From Veleropilina oligotropha (Eukaryota): a DNA stretch of 64,000 nucleotides. The notes under the pieces are model-generated. The model saw only the letters and a program-made list of their open reading frames with translations, had not been told where the DNA came from and made no database searches. Shown piece after piece: positions 46,455 through 55,829 of the stretch; the stretch's first letter is position 1, and every line of letters starts with the position of its first letter. The stretch covers positions 558,001 through 622,000 of the forward strand of contig JBEUKZ010000054.1 of NCBI GenBank assembly GCA_048128005.1. The letters are read 5' to 3'. The position numbers were made by a program, and so were the translations under genes.

Positions 46455-46694
46455 ATGACTACCCCAATTACTGATGGAAAGATGCTCGGCAATGCCGTCT
46501 ATCATTCGGCTATAGTGTCTGGCCTTGCCATTGGCTACTCACGCCTGGTAAAGATGGCCTTCAAGGGACAAAGCCCCAAACTGGACTTCACTGGTTATGA
46601 TATTGGGATGGTGGTCCTCGACGTAGCGCTCGCCATGGCGACGAAAGATATGCTGATCAAGCAAGGCATCATTCCAGCCGACATATTGAAGTAG
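46455..46694 (+). CDS. Small hydrophobic protein
   Basis: 79-aa ORF tightly packed between neighbours, two hydrophobic stretches. Confidence 0.65.
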   Translation: MTTPITDGKMLGNAVYHSAIVSGLAIGYSRLVKMAFKGQSPKLDFTGYDIGMVVLDVALAMATKDMLIKQGIIPADILK

Positions 46695-46726
46695 TGCTTT
46701 ATAATGCCATTATAAATAGCATTACA

Positions 46727-47155
46727 ATGGCTTCCATAGCGATGCTGGTTGGGGGCGCTCTTGTCAACGCCCTTGCCTTCAGCGGGTCAAACTTCCTGTT
46801 CTCGAAGCTACGCGGCCAAGGTGTTGATGAGGAGCGTAAACGCCACGACGAAGCCGTAGAGCAGCTCCAGGCCGCTCAGACTAAATGGTCCCAACAGAGG
46901 GCAGAGCGTCTCGATTGGCTTAACGTTGAACTTCGCCGCCAGGGTCATGCCGTTGGCACATTCCAGGATGTTGACGCCGCGATCCGTCAGTATGCCTTGA
47001 TCACCGGCAAGAACCTTGACCCCGGTTTGGGGGGTGGCCCTGAGCCCGCCCTGTCCGACTACTACACGCCGAGTGACGGCCAGAAGGGGCGAGAGATTAC
47101 CTTCGTCATTCTTGGGATGGCTGCGACTGGGTTGGTAGCCTACAAGCTCGCCTAA
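46727..47155 (+). CDS. Small membrane protein
   Basis: MASIAMLVGGALVNALAFSGSNFLF N-terminus, coiled coil, C-terminal TFVILGMAATGLVAY. Confidence 0.7.
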   Translation: MASIAMLVGGALVNALAFSGSNFLFSKLRGQGVDEERKRHDEAVEQLQAAQTKWSQQRAERLDWLNVELRRQGHAVGTFQDVDAAIRQYALITGKNLDPGLGGGPEPALSDYYTPSDGQKGREITFVILGMAATGLVAYKLA

Positions 47156-47488
47156 GTGCTATTATTTCCATTTTTCGTATATATACATACATATATATGC
47201 ATAATGGGGCTCCCAGAAGAGCTGTACTTTGCTATGCTAGAGGTGGGCTATGCCGCTCGAAGGCACAAAATCCCCGGCCCCCTTGGTACTACAATGGTCG
47301 AAATACCGCAGAAGTCACTCGAGTGCTGGCGGCGCAACGAAAAGACTATGGTGCGGTTCGCGGTCATGGTGCTCTCCGGGGGGGGGGGGGCTCGACCAAC
47401 ATACGGGCGACGACTGGGCAGCTTCCGGAGCCGGTCGCTGAAGCCTGTTGGAGACTGATCAAGTTGCTGGAATACCTCGCAAGCCTAC

Positions 47489-48469
47489 ATGTCAGCGAAG
47501 AGACAGAAGCCCTTGACGGCTAACGAACTCGACGAAACCCTCCGCAAGTACTACTACGCAGATGGGGGGTTCCAGGGCGTCTCAGCTCTGCACTCAAGGC
47601 TTCCAAAAGGCGCAGCCTCAATAAAAAGAATCCGGGCGTGGCTCTCGACACAGGAGGTTGGTCGGTACATGCAGACGAAACCCCCTAGAGAGGTATTTGC
47701 CCGTTTCACAGAGGACAGGCCCGGTGTGATCCACCAGGCCGATCTTCTCTACCTCCCACATGACAAGGTCGGCCGTAAAACGTATAAATATGCGTTGACC
47801 TTGGTCGACGGGGCCTCTCGCTACAAGGCTGCCCGACCACTAACAACGAAATCGGCCAGCGAGGTAGCTAAGGCGTTTGCTGACATCTACAAGACCAACC
47901 CGTCCCGCTTATCCTGGCCAAAAACGCTAATGGTGGATGACGGGCACGAATTCAAGGGGGAAGTATCCATGCTGCTAGGGAAGCACGGAGTTGATATACG
48001 ACGCGCAGAGCCAGGTCATCACCGATCACAGGCATTCGTTGAGTCATTCAACCGCCGGCTGGCTGAACGACTATTCAGGAAGCAAGCGCATGAACAGCTG
48101 AACAGCGGCCGGGACAACCGCCAGTGGGTGTCCATTCTTCCAGCTGTAGTAGCAGATATGAATGCGACGCCAACGCGACTGACTGGTCTTCCTCCAGTGA
48201 AGGCAGCCACCATGTCGCAGGTTCCGCTAGTGGCATCCAAACCGCCCCCCACCCCACAGGAAACGCTGTTACCGATCGGCATGATGGTTTACCTCACCAC
48301 AAACGAAGAAGACCCGAAAGATACCGGGCGCCGTCGTGCAACGGATCCATGGTGGACACATAAGCCCTACCCGATTCGCCGTCGCGTATCGGAACCCCAC
48401 CAACCCGCACTCTACTACACGCCATTCTCAAAGCATGGGTTCACACGGTCACAGCTGAGACCTGCCTAG
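47489..48469 (+). CDS. rve-family (retroviral-like) DDE integrase, Polinton type
   Basis: HQADL (D), YKYALTLVDGASRY, LMVDDGHEF (D), VESFNRRL (E). Confidence 0.95.
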   Translation: MSAKRQKPLTANELDETLRKYYYADGGFQGVSALHSRLPKGAASIKRIRAWLSTQEVGRYMQTKPPREVFARFTEDRPGVIHQADLLYLPHDKVGRKTYKYALTLVDGASRYKAARPLTTKSASEVAKAFADIYKTNPSRLSWPKTLMVDDGHEFKGEVSMLLGKHGVDIRRAEPGHHRSQAFVESFNRRLAERLFRKQAHEQLNSGRDNRQWVSILPAVVADMNATPTRLTGLPPVKAATMSQVPLVASKPPPTPQETLLPIGMMVYLTTNEEDPKDTGRRRATDPWWTHKPYPIRRRVSEPHQPALYYTPFSKHGFTRSQLRPA

Positions 48470-51400
48470 TGCTTGTGTCGACGGTTACAGGACAGGCATG
48501 TCAACCGGACGTTCCACCTGTAGTGACCCTGACTGTCATCCAGGCGGTCGATGCTGAACGTCTGCCCGTGGCATTTCGTGTAGCCCTGGAGAAGGAGAGT
48601 ACGATGGCAGACCACGCACCTCTTGTCTGCGGCGTCGATCATGTCGAGCACGTGGTTGACGGTGAGCGTATGGTGTGCTCCCGTGTAGTGGGGCCGTTGC
48701 TTTTGGTGATCCTCAACCATGTATCGCTTGAGCCTTGCGGCGATGAGCTCTCGCGAAGGTGTGGCCTGCTGATCGGTGGGAACTATATCACCCGGAGCGT
48801 CGTCAGGCGGCAGGACCCGTACAATCTGATCCATCAACTGGGCCCGGCTCACTGCGGTGTAGATGGCGTTGCTCACCCAACCGCTCAGACCGTGGTCGAT
48901 GATGTATAGGCGCCTGGGTGGTTGGATGGTCTTCCCTTGCACCCTATGCACCGTCCCCCACCCCGCATATTTCCACTCAAGCAGTAACCCATTCTCGACC
49001 AGTTCAAGGGGGACTTTGACGATGGTCCCTCGGTAGGCCGGCACGGTTTCTCGACTACCTGGTATCTGTATTGGCAGACCCTGCTTGCGGTACCGGTGCG
49101 AGATGCTATCGTCTGGGTCGAATCGAATATTAGCAGGAAGCCGGGGGTGTGTCTTTCTGTGCTGCCGGAGCAACTGGGTCTGGACATGCGCACCTAGATT
49201 GTTCGTGGAGCAGATCCAGATGTCATCGGGCTTGGTGCGATCTACAGCTTCTACGAACGGCGTTGCGGCCAACTTATCTATGAAGACGTTGAGCTGTTGC
49301 TGGTCAGTAGCGCACCACATCTGCGCCTTTACGTCGTGCAAAGCCGACGTTGGCCCATTTTGACAGCGACAGCAGGACCACGGCTCGCCACACGCCTCAC
49401 ACAGGCACCTATAGTCGGTGTCAAACCACCGCAGGTTGGGGTCGGTGCACCAGTCTGCTAACATGCGGTGAGGGCCTTCTTTATCGCCCCATGGCGGGAT
49501 CTGCCCCATATCCCCGACGCATATGATTTGACACATCCGGCGGGCGAGATAATCAAGAACGGTCATCAGGATCTTCGTGGGGACCTTGCAACACTCGTCG
49601 ATGATGATAACCTCGGCTAGGTTATCGAGTCGGTGTCCCAGGGCAGCCGGGTCCCAATCATCGATCGGCTTGCCGACGGGTAGACATAAGTAGTGGTGGA
49701 TCGTCTGGACTTGTGCATTCTCTAGACCAAGTCTCGGGTTGTTGCGGTGTTCTTGGGCGAGGTCGTTCTCGGGGGTGAGCACGACCAGCTTCCGACCACG
49801 AAATGTCTGAACAGCCCACTCGGTTTTTCCACTCCCGCCTTGACCTGCGAGGTATAAACGTCGCGAGGTGGCCGCGCTGATATCGGAAGGGAACGGAGGG
49901 GCGGCGTTCCCCCCATGGGGCAAGTCGAGACGACCAGCATGCTCTATCGTCCAAGCAGCAGCCTCTGGGCGCCACTCGTAACCCGGGGATTTATGTCGCC
50001 ATTGCCCATACCTAGGCTGGTCTGGGACCAGCATATGTTCGACCGATTCGGGCAGGCTCTTGACGTATATGGCATCGGTGCAGACACGAAGGACATCCTC
50101 TTGTGGGAATCTTCGTAGCATGCGGCGGAGGGCAATGTTCGTATATGCGAGTACGAAGGCTCGTATATGAAACCACTGCGTCCTGGTCTTGCCGTCCTTG
50201 TACTGAATGAGGTGGACATTGTCAGCCTTCTCGAAGTTCAAGAGACGGTCAGTGCCGCCGAGAACATTGGCCAAGTAGGCGGCCTCGTTTGGATCACGGA
50301 CTAGGATGCTCGACTCATCACCATGGCGAGCACATTTGCCAATGAAGCGCACAGCCAGGTCTCTTAATGGGAACTTGATAGCGGCCTTTATGCCTACGCT
50401 GTATACCACCTCGCGCGCTGTGACCTCCACCAGATCACCAGAGTCAATTAAGTCTGCAAGCTCGGGGGTAGTGATCCAGCCCTGCTTCTCCCGTAGGTGC
50501 TCGCCTACGCGACCTACGGTATAGGGGTGCGTCTCTGGGCTGAATTGCCACGCAGTGAGCTGCACCGCTCCTGTCAAGGTGAGGACATCTCTTAAGGACA
50601 CGCCCTCGACGTTCGCTCGACGCATCATACTCGTCGGGAACCCATACTGGCGCACTAGATCTATGGCATCTCCAACCCCGCCAGAAAGGGAGTCTTCGCA
50701 GCCAAGGTATGCTGCGCGCATGTCGATATGATAATGAACACTTGTGCCTGCGGCTGAGTCGTTAGAATTCCAAACCTTGGCCTCAACCTGAGCCACTCTC
50801 CAGGTGTCCCGGTGTTTTTCGGGCGTTGGCTTGATCTCCTCGCGGGCCAACCACTTTTGGAACCGGTAAGACATGGCGCCACCCATGGAGTGGGTCGCTC
50901 TGCGGTATTCCTCTTCAAGCTTCTCAAGTTCTTCGGGGATCTCGGAAGGATGCCAGTGCATCTCGTCCTCGAAAGCGCGGTCAATAGCCATACCCTCGGC
51001 CCTCGACCTCCACAGGGAACCATCGCTACCCACGAGAGACTGTCCACATACCCAGACCCGGACCGTCGATGGGATGGCCCTGGAGGCAAATGAGATCAGA
51101 ACCTCTCTTGTATTTTGGTCCATGGTCTTCTGGGCCGCAGTGGTTTTTCGTCCCGTCTTTCCCAGAACCACAGGCTTAAGGGCCTGTTCTGCGATGTCGT
51201 CGAGACTGCAAACCTGTAAGATCTTGGGTGGATCAATCGGGATGCTTTCCCATGCGTGGTTGTTATGGCATGGCACCAGAATCTTGGGATGGCTCTTGTA
51301 TTTACCGCTGTCCCATAGAGTGTTGCCTAACGCGTCGACGGCAACAAGCTTGACTTTGAGAGCCGCTTCAATGGAGAACATATCCTCGCGTGTGCAGCCC

Positions 51401-51552
51401 GTTTCTGCAAGCTTTCGGTCGAACTGCTTAAGAATTTGTCTGCGGCTCCTTGTTAACCCATCTCCGGCTTTCGTCATTTTGTTCTGGAAGTGGTCCACCA
51501 CACAGCGAACGAAGCAGTTTACAAACTCTCCGTCTTCTTGAGGGGCTAGCAT
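48466..51552 (-). CDS. Multidomain replicase: OTU-like, PolB palm, SF1 (Pif1/RecD-like) helicase, HNH-type nuclease
   Basis: NCFVRC...NNHAW; HIDMRAAY, HIRAFVLAY, VCTDAIY, GQW; GQGGSGKT, IIIDE, GDMGQIPP, TVHRVQGKT, YTAVSRA; CVVC...SIDRLDDSQGH..NVRLTCLSCN. Confidence 0.85.
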   Translation of the reverse strand: MLAPQEDGEFVNCFVRCVVDHFQNKMTKAGDGLTRSRRQILKQFDRKLAETGCTREDMFSIEAALKVKLVAVDALGNTLWDSGKYKSHPKILVPCHNNHAWESIPIDPPKILQVCSLDDIAEQALKPVVLGKTGRKTTAAQKTMDQNTREVLISFASRAIPSTVRVWVCGQSLVGSDGSLWRSRAEGMAIDRAFEDEMHWHPSEIPEELEKLEEEYRRATHSMGGAMSYRFQKWLAREEIKPTPEKHRDTWRVAQVEAKVWNSNDSAAGTSVHYHIDMRAAYLGCEDSLSGGVGDAIDLVRQYGFPTSMMRRANVEGVSLRDVLTLTGAVQLTAWQFSPETHPYTVGRVGEHLREKQGWITTPELADLIDSGDLVEVTAREVVYSVGIKAAIKFPLRDLAVRFIGKCARHGDESSILVRDPNEAAYLANVLGGTDRLLNFEKADNVHLIQYKDGKTRTQWFHIRAFVLAYTNIALRRMLRRFPQEDVLRVCTDAIYVKSLPESVEHMLVPDQPRYGQWRHKSPGYEWRPEAAAWTIEHAGRLDLPHGGNAAPPFPSDISAATSRRLYLAGQGGSGKTEWAVQTFRGRKLVVLTPENDLAQEHRNNPRLGLENAQVQTIHHYLCLPVGKPIDDWDPAALGHRLDNLAEVIIIDECCKVPTKILMTVLDYLARRMCQIICVGDMGQIPPWGDKEGPHRMLADWCTDPNLRWFDTDYRCLCEACGEPWSCCRCQNGPTSALHDVKAQMWCATDQQQLNVFIDKLAATPFVEAVDRTKPDDIWICSTNNLGAHVQTQLLRQHRKTHPRLPANIRFDPDDSISHRYRKQGLPIQIPGSRETVPAYRGTIVKVPLELVENGLLLEWKYAGWGTVHRVQGKTIQPPRRLYIIDHGLSGWVSNAIYTAVSRAQLMDQIVRVLPPDDAPGDIVPTDQQATPSRELIAARLKRYMVEDHQKQRPHYTGAHHTLTVNHVLDMIDAADKRCVVCHRTLLLQGYTKCHGQTFSIDRLDDSQGHYRWNVRLTCLSCNRRHKH

Positions 51553-52448
51553 TGGCCCCGGTTCTCCTTGCTGCTCCGGAAGCGGACGCAGCTCATACCT
51601 AACATAGACGAGATATTCTCGCCCCTTCTCCCAGAGACCTGGTCTCCGCGAACCACCCCCTGCCCCTTAATGCGCTGCTCAGAGACACCCACTTCCTCTG
51701 TCACCTGGGCAAGAGGCTCCTTGGCCGATTTTCCAACTACCGTGAACAGTTTGTATTGGGTGTCGGGGTCTAGAAGTTCCAACACCTCCGAGGCCATGCC
51801 CAGCGTCACCCGAAGATCCCTCTTTTCGCACGATACCCAATACACCGCGCCTTCGTCTGTGATGTCAGGCCCCCGTACAACCGCCTGGAAGTCGAATCTA
51901 CGACCATCAACAGCCTCGGTAATCTCTTTACGGACGACGTCGGCGCCCGTCTTAATATAAGCCCCATCGGGGAACAGGACTGCGACACCGTCAACGAGAA
52001 GGGAATAATATTCATCCGGGATTAAGTGGTCGCTCAGAATATCGGACCCCTCCCGAGCAATTGCCTGGGCAAGGGTCTCTTTCCGAGACCTAACCAGACC
52101 GTGCAGGTGTGGCTTGACGTTTCGATCCGTGATGTTACGAAGTGGCTTCTGTCGCAGCCCAGGCTTTTTCTCAGCTTGGGTTGTGTATTTACTGACCCTT
52201 AGGGCCACATCGACCTCGTCCTGGAACTGTCGCAATTCACGAGCACGACGGCCTCTTTTGTGGGGATTCTCTACATCTCCACGAATGGAGGGGAATCTTC
52301 CCGTTTTCATCGCCCGCTCGAGTCTCCTCTGGAACTCGGCAGCACGGACCCCGGCTATTGCCGTGATGAGGTCGTTTTTGTTGAGCTTCGACCTACCGGG
52401 AAGCCCATAATCCTTCGCTAAATTACGTAGTTCTCTGAGGAGAGGCAT
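51546..52448 (-). CDS. Protein with N-terminal Rho-N/HeH-like motif; likely the N-terminal part of the replicase
   Basis: ATG at 52448; LRELRNLAKDYGLPGRSKLNKNDLITAI; overlaps the replicase frame, which is open from 51667. Confidence 0.65.
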   Translation of the reverse strand: MPLLRELRNLAKDYGLPGRSKLNKNDLITAIAGVRAAEFQRRLERAMKTGRFPSIRGDVENPHKRGRRARELRQFQDEVDVALRVSKYTTQAEKKPGLRQKPLRNITDRNVKPHLHGLVRSRKETLAQAIAREGSDILSDHLIPDEYYSLLVDGVAVLFPDGAYIKTGADVVRKEITEAVDGRRFDFQAVVRGPDITDEGAVYWVSCEKRDLRVTLGMASEVLELLDPDTQYKLFTVVGKSAKEPLAQVTEEVGVSEQRIKGQGVVRGDQVSGRRGENISSMLGMSCVRFRSSKENRGQC

Positions 52449-52450
52449 CA

Positions 52451-52715
52451 CAAAGTATTGCGAGATGACACTAATATGCCAGTCTCTAAATGGAATCGGA
52501 CAATACAAAGTATTGCGAGATGACACTAATATGCCAGTCTCTAAATGGAATCGGACAATACAAAGTATTGTGAGATGACACTAATATGCCAGTCTCTAAA
52601 TGGAATCGGACAATACAAAGTATTGTGAGATGACACTAATATGCCAGTCTCTAAATGGAATCGCACAATACAAAGTATTGCGAGATGACACTAATATGCC
52701 AGTCTCTAAATGGAA
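52451..52715. repeat. 55-bp tandem repeat x ~4.8 directly upstream of the replicase locus
   Basis: Units start at 52451, 52506, 52561, 52616, 52671; degenerate copies at about 53030-53135 and 53218-53262. Confidence 0.93.
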
Positions 52716-52999
52716 TTGTTGCAGTCGCGCGACTGCAACTCGCACAATACTTTGCCGTAGAGACGGCGAGCTCTTTTTGAGGTGTTTATGAGTGTCTGGG
52801 CGCCACGATGACCTCCACATGGTCTACACAACAGAACGGCCGATTTCGTGCCGACACCACATACCCTACATGGCAGGGGTGATGTTCTACCCATCCGAAT
52901 TTGCTGTCTATGTGTCTTGCAAAATTTATTGACGCAGCTAAGACCACAAACCCCAATGGTATTAACTTTCAACCAAGGGCATATATTCGTTCCCCGCAT
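52706..52999 (-). CDS. Small Cys/His zinc-finger-like protein
   Basis: C..C...C....C..H and CRVC...CRPC clusters in ~97 aa. Confidence 0.6.
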   Translation of the reverse strand: MRGTNICPWLKVNTIGVCGLSCVNKFCKTHRQQIRMGRTSPLPCRVCGVGTKSAVLLCRPCGGHRGAQTLINTSKRARRLYGKVLCELQSRDCNNSI

Positions 53000-53663
53000 A
53001 GTTATAGCGTATAGCATGCGTATACAAGTCTCTAAATATAGATTATGACACTAATATATCTGTCTCTAAATGGAAATTGTTTAAGTCGCGCAATGCTTGT
53101 ATTGCGACATGACACTACTATGCCAGTCTCTAATAATAGAGTATGCTACAAATATACGCCTGTCGTTATCAATTTCTATTAGATAACGACAGGTAGAAAA
53201 CTAGGTCAGCTTAGTCAAATATAGATTATGACACTAATATATCTGTCTCTAAATGGAAATTGTTAGCAGCAGCAGGGGGGGTGAGTGTACTTTTTAGAAT
53301 GGGAAAATAAGGCTCCCAGCCCTATTTCAGAACTGAGGGGGGCTCGTAATCTATACCCACAGGGCATCTTAGTAGCATCCGGGGAGGGGCTCGGGGCTCC
53401 CCTGGGGTAGGGGAGGGCTCCCACCTCCCGTCTGCTCAGGGCAGGGGTCGTTTTTTCGTTAGGGCGGAGGTTTTTTGTAATAATCCGGCCGGCCTGAACC
53501 AGGGTAGCTTAGAATAGTCTATGTGGGCCGCGCTGTCAATGATATTGTTTAATCCTGGTCTATTCATAGCTGACCTAGTGTTCTCGTTCTCGAGAAGCTG
53601 TATTGCTGATTCATTGTGACATGTAGAATTTCCATTTAGAGAATGAACTGTCCGCTTGTTTAC

Positions 53664-53920
53664 ATCTGGACCAAAACTTTTTATCTGGGTCGGTGACCCG
53701 TTTCCTGACAAAATATTTTTATCTGGACCAAAACTTTTTATCTGGGTCGGTGACCCGATTCCTGACAAAATATTTTTATCTGGACCAAAACTTTTTATCT
53801 GGGTCGGTGACCCGTTTCCTGACAAAATATTTTATCTGGACCAAAACTTTTTATCTGGGTCGGTGACCCGTTTCCTGACAAAATATTTTTATCTGGACCG
53901 AAACTTTTTTTATCTGGGTC
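53664..53920. repeat. 57-bp tandem repeat x ~4.5 with GGGTC-GGT-GACCC hairpin
   Basis: Units at 53664, 53721, 53778, 53834, 53891. Confidence 0.93.
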
Positions 53921-54294
53921 AACCTCGGCGAGATTCGCATCGCTACAAGGAAGTTATTGCTTGTGTTACAAACGACAGTCTATGAATACACACTGCGGTA
54001 CACGGATATAGCTTGGCCTGATTTTAATGATTGGAGTCATTCATAAAAGCAGGTATTAATATACGCTGGGAAAGCCTGAATAAATATGTTACTTACCGCG
54101 ACATAAGGACGGCTCGGCGCATTCAATACACACAACAGTATTAGGGTCGGGGCCACAGTAATTCTCTCCATCGGTAATAACTATTTGACTCCAGTCGTCA
54201 TGCAACTGTACTTTAGCCAGTGGGAATTACATATTTATTTAACTAATGGTGGCCTCGCCACGTCGCCTCGGCAAAGAACCGCGCGCACGTCGAG

Positions 54295-54422
54295 TAGGTC
54301 AGCTTAGTCATCGACGGGAGATAACAGTTATTGTCAACTCCAGTTTCGGACGGCGCTGGGAGCCTCCCCGGTCGCCCTGGCCCCCGCCCTGGCCCTAGGA
54401 TAAAATGCCCTAGTCCCCCCCC
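54295..54422 (-). repeat. Right terminal inverted repeat
   Basis: TAGGTCAGCTTAGTC...AAATGCCCTAGTCCCCCCCC followed by CATGC. Confidence 0.97.
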
Positions 54423-54703
54423 CATGCTATAAGAAACTCACCTACCTTTTTGATGTTAATTAATAGCCACCTTATTCAAAATTCATATGCTGTTATATAT
54501 AAGTATTAACTATCATGAGTTCGAATATGGAATGAAAATATGTATATGTAATTAGTAATGAAGCGGAATCAGCATCTTGAATTAACAAGGTTTCGCAAGT
54601 TTTGGAATGCCTGTGTAAATGCTTTGTGCTCGTTATACAAGTTTACGGTCAGCAGAATGATAGAAAAACGACATCATCGTTTCCTTTTATAATGTTTACA
54701 AAT

Positions 54704-55365
54704 AGATATAGTGATAAAGTATCAATGGCTTGAACATATACCGGGGGCATCTGCAATGTCGTTTAAGAACAGATATAGTGATGAAGCATCATATGGCTTG
54801 AACATATACCGGGGGCACCTGCAGTGTCGTTTAAAAACAGATATCGTGATGAAGCATCAATGGCTTGAACATATACCGGGGGCACCTGCAGTGTCGTTTA
54901 AGAACAGATATAGTGATGAAGCATCAATGGCTTGAACATATACCGGGGGCACCTGCAGTGTCGTTTAAGAACAGATATAGTGATGAAGCATCAATGGCTT
55001 GAACATATACCGGGGGCACATGCAGTGTCGTTTAAGAACAGATATAGTGATGAAGCATCAATGGCTTGAACATGTACCGGGGGCATCTGCAGTGTCGTTT
55101 AAGAACAGATATAGTGATGAAGTATCAATGGCTTGAACATATACCGGGGGCACCTGCAGTGTCGTTTAAGAACAGATATAGTGATGAAGCATCAATGGCT
55201 TGAACATGTACCGGGGGCATCTGCAGTGTCGTTTAAGAACAGATATAGTGATGAAGTATCAATGGCTTAAACATATACCGGGGGCACCTGCAGTGTCGTT
55301 TAAGAACAGATATAGTGATGAAGCATCAATGGCTTGAACATATACCGGGGGCACCTGCAGTGTCG
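54704..55365. repeat. 67-bp tandem repeat x ~10
   Basis: AGATATAGTGATGAAGCATCAATGGCTTGAACATATACCGGGGGCACCTGCAGTGTCGTTTAAGAAC units ending at the HINE-like 3' terminus. Confidence 0.95.
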
Positions 55366-55829
55366 GTCGACACATTTCTAGTTTTAAGTGATTGTGCTTC
55401 AGCTATTTGACCGTGTTTGTGTCGGCCTCTGATGTAACCGCCACCTCTGCACAAATATTCTTTTATTAGTGAAAGAAATAAGATAATTCCTGACTTTTCT
55501 TTATTGTTTTCGAATTTTGTGCGCTTTCAATGTTCGAGGTCCGGCGCAGTGTAAATGACAAAAATATATGCCAACACATTGAAAAAAAGTGTTAGGCATA
55601 CTTTTTTTCAGACAAATCAAAAGAACGCAAATATAAGCTTTTAAAAAGACAATAACGCCAGAATGATACACTGTTTAAAAGTCGCTATGAGGAATGTGGT
55701 AATCTTCCAATAATGCCGCTCACCATTTCGCTTCCAATAACATCACGACTAGTAGTTATCCCATTGACCGGAAACATCCGTTTTTTCCAAGCCTTGCGTC
55801 AGCGGTCTAGTTTCTATTTCATACATCGT

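Larger units (their letters stand above)
38283..54422. mobile_element. Endogenous Polinton-like virus / Maverick-related element, 16.1 kb
   Basis: 127-bp TIRs, CATGC TSD, GC-rich intronless gene-dense body with capsid, ATPase, rve integrase and PolB-helicase genes. Confidence 0.93.
37583..55383 (+). mobile_element. Non-autonomous Helentron-type (HINE-like) element hosting the Polinton-like insertion
   Basis: 5' TTTTTAAGCCCC + hairpin + (GTCC)n; internal ~180-bp tandem units continuing across the insertion (TCTGATCTCATGC / TATAAGAAACTCACC); 3' GGGGGCA...GTGTCGGTCGACAC hairpin + TTTCTAGTT. Confidence 0.6.

Noticed and set aside
48466..49860. Helitron RepHel interpretation of the SF1 helicase
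   Set aside because: No HUH Rep motifs; PolB-like motifs upstream; element has TIRs, TSD, integrase and capsid genes
52451..55365. CRISPR-like appearance of the 55-, 57- and 67-bp arrays
   Set aside because: Head-to-tail identical units with no unique spacers; no cas genes; eukaryotic context
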